In this document: positions 63,693 through 64,000 of the stretch, in pieces
How positions within the stretch are numbered: position 1 is the stretch's first letter
Layout of the letters: every line of letters begins with the position of its first letter
NCBI GenBank assembly: GCA_051362555.1
Contig: JBPQGU010000016.1
Location: 6,014,001 to 6,078,000 of the forward strand
DNA from: Lingula anatina
Lineage: Eukaryota; Animalia; Brachiopoda
Direction of reading: 5' to 3'
Length of the DNA stretch: 64,000 bases
The notes under the pieces: generated by a model
Databases searched by the model: none
What the model saw: the letters and a program-made list of their open reading frames with translations, nothing else
What the model was told of the DNA's origin: nothing
Position numbers and translations under genes: made by a program

Positions 63693-64000
63693 TTAGGATT
63701 CCCCATAGGGGAATACTATTGTTTTTTGTATTATTATTATTATTATTATTATAGTTAGGATTCCCCATAGGGGAATACTATTGTTTTTGGTAGTATTATT
63801 ATTAGGATTCCCCATAGGAGAATACTATTGTTTTTGGTAGTATTATTATAATTCTATATTATATAAGAATAATTATTATTATTCTTTCGACGCGTTTTTT
63901 TTCGCAAAAAATCTGAAATAATTATCATAGGTAGCCATGGGGAGAATATTTCACAGACCCAGTTTCAGTGACCTTGACCTACTTTTCAAGGTCACAGGGG
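63693..64000 (+). mobile_element. Family D Helentron-like element 5' end with triplicated head
   Basis: TTAGGATTCCCCATAGGGGAATACTATTG hairpin plus (TAT)n microsatellite at 63693, 63756 and 63802. Inserted at a TT in family A; continues beyond the window. Confidence 0.55.

Noticed and set aside
2424-63768. Recurrent short ORFs (for example MLIFELDLRIMNIHQFCKFQ, MERVEIIGDLNPRD, MHFHRSSGHK, MTSYSSSIVTMDLSL)
   Set aside because: They are translations of family A/B non-coding repeats; frames are broken differently in each copy.

Overview
This is AT-rich, intron-containing eukaryotic (metazoan, probably marine invertebrate) DNA, not prokaryotic; most ORFs in the track are spurious products of repeats. 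Only one host coding exon is recognisable: 15430-15648 (+), the N-terminus of a PLP-dependent L-threonine ammonia-lyase/serine-threonine dehydratase-like protein. It sits beside a CpG-rich, possibly bidirectional promoter (about 14200-15070), and its next exon was not found in the remaining 48 kb. The rest is densely nested mobile DNA. Four families of non-autonomous Helentron/DINE-1-like rolling-circle elements dominate; two of them carry 161-bp or 146-bp satellite arrays. Also present are Harbinger-like, 5-bp-TSD and IS3EU-like MITEs, an internally deleted Tc1, a 6.2-kb CCGT-ended TA-TSD element with unusual cargo, and truncated LINEs. There is a triplicated 2-2.65-kb segment and decayed genes for a P-like transposase, a SAP-domain protein and a BEN-domain protein. 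No tRNA, rRNA, CRISPR array or ribozyme could be supported. All family assignments are by eye, without database searches. No clearly new biological system was demonstrated; the best leads are listed as findings.
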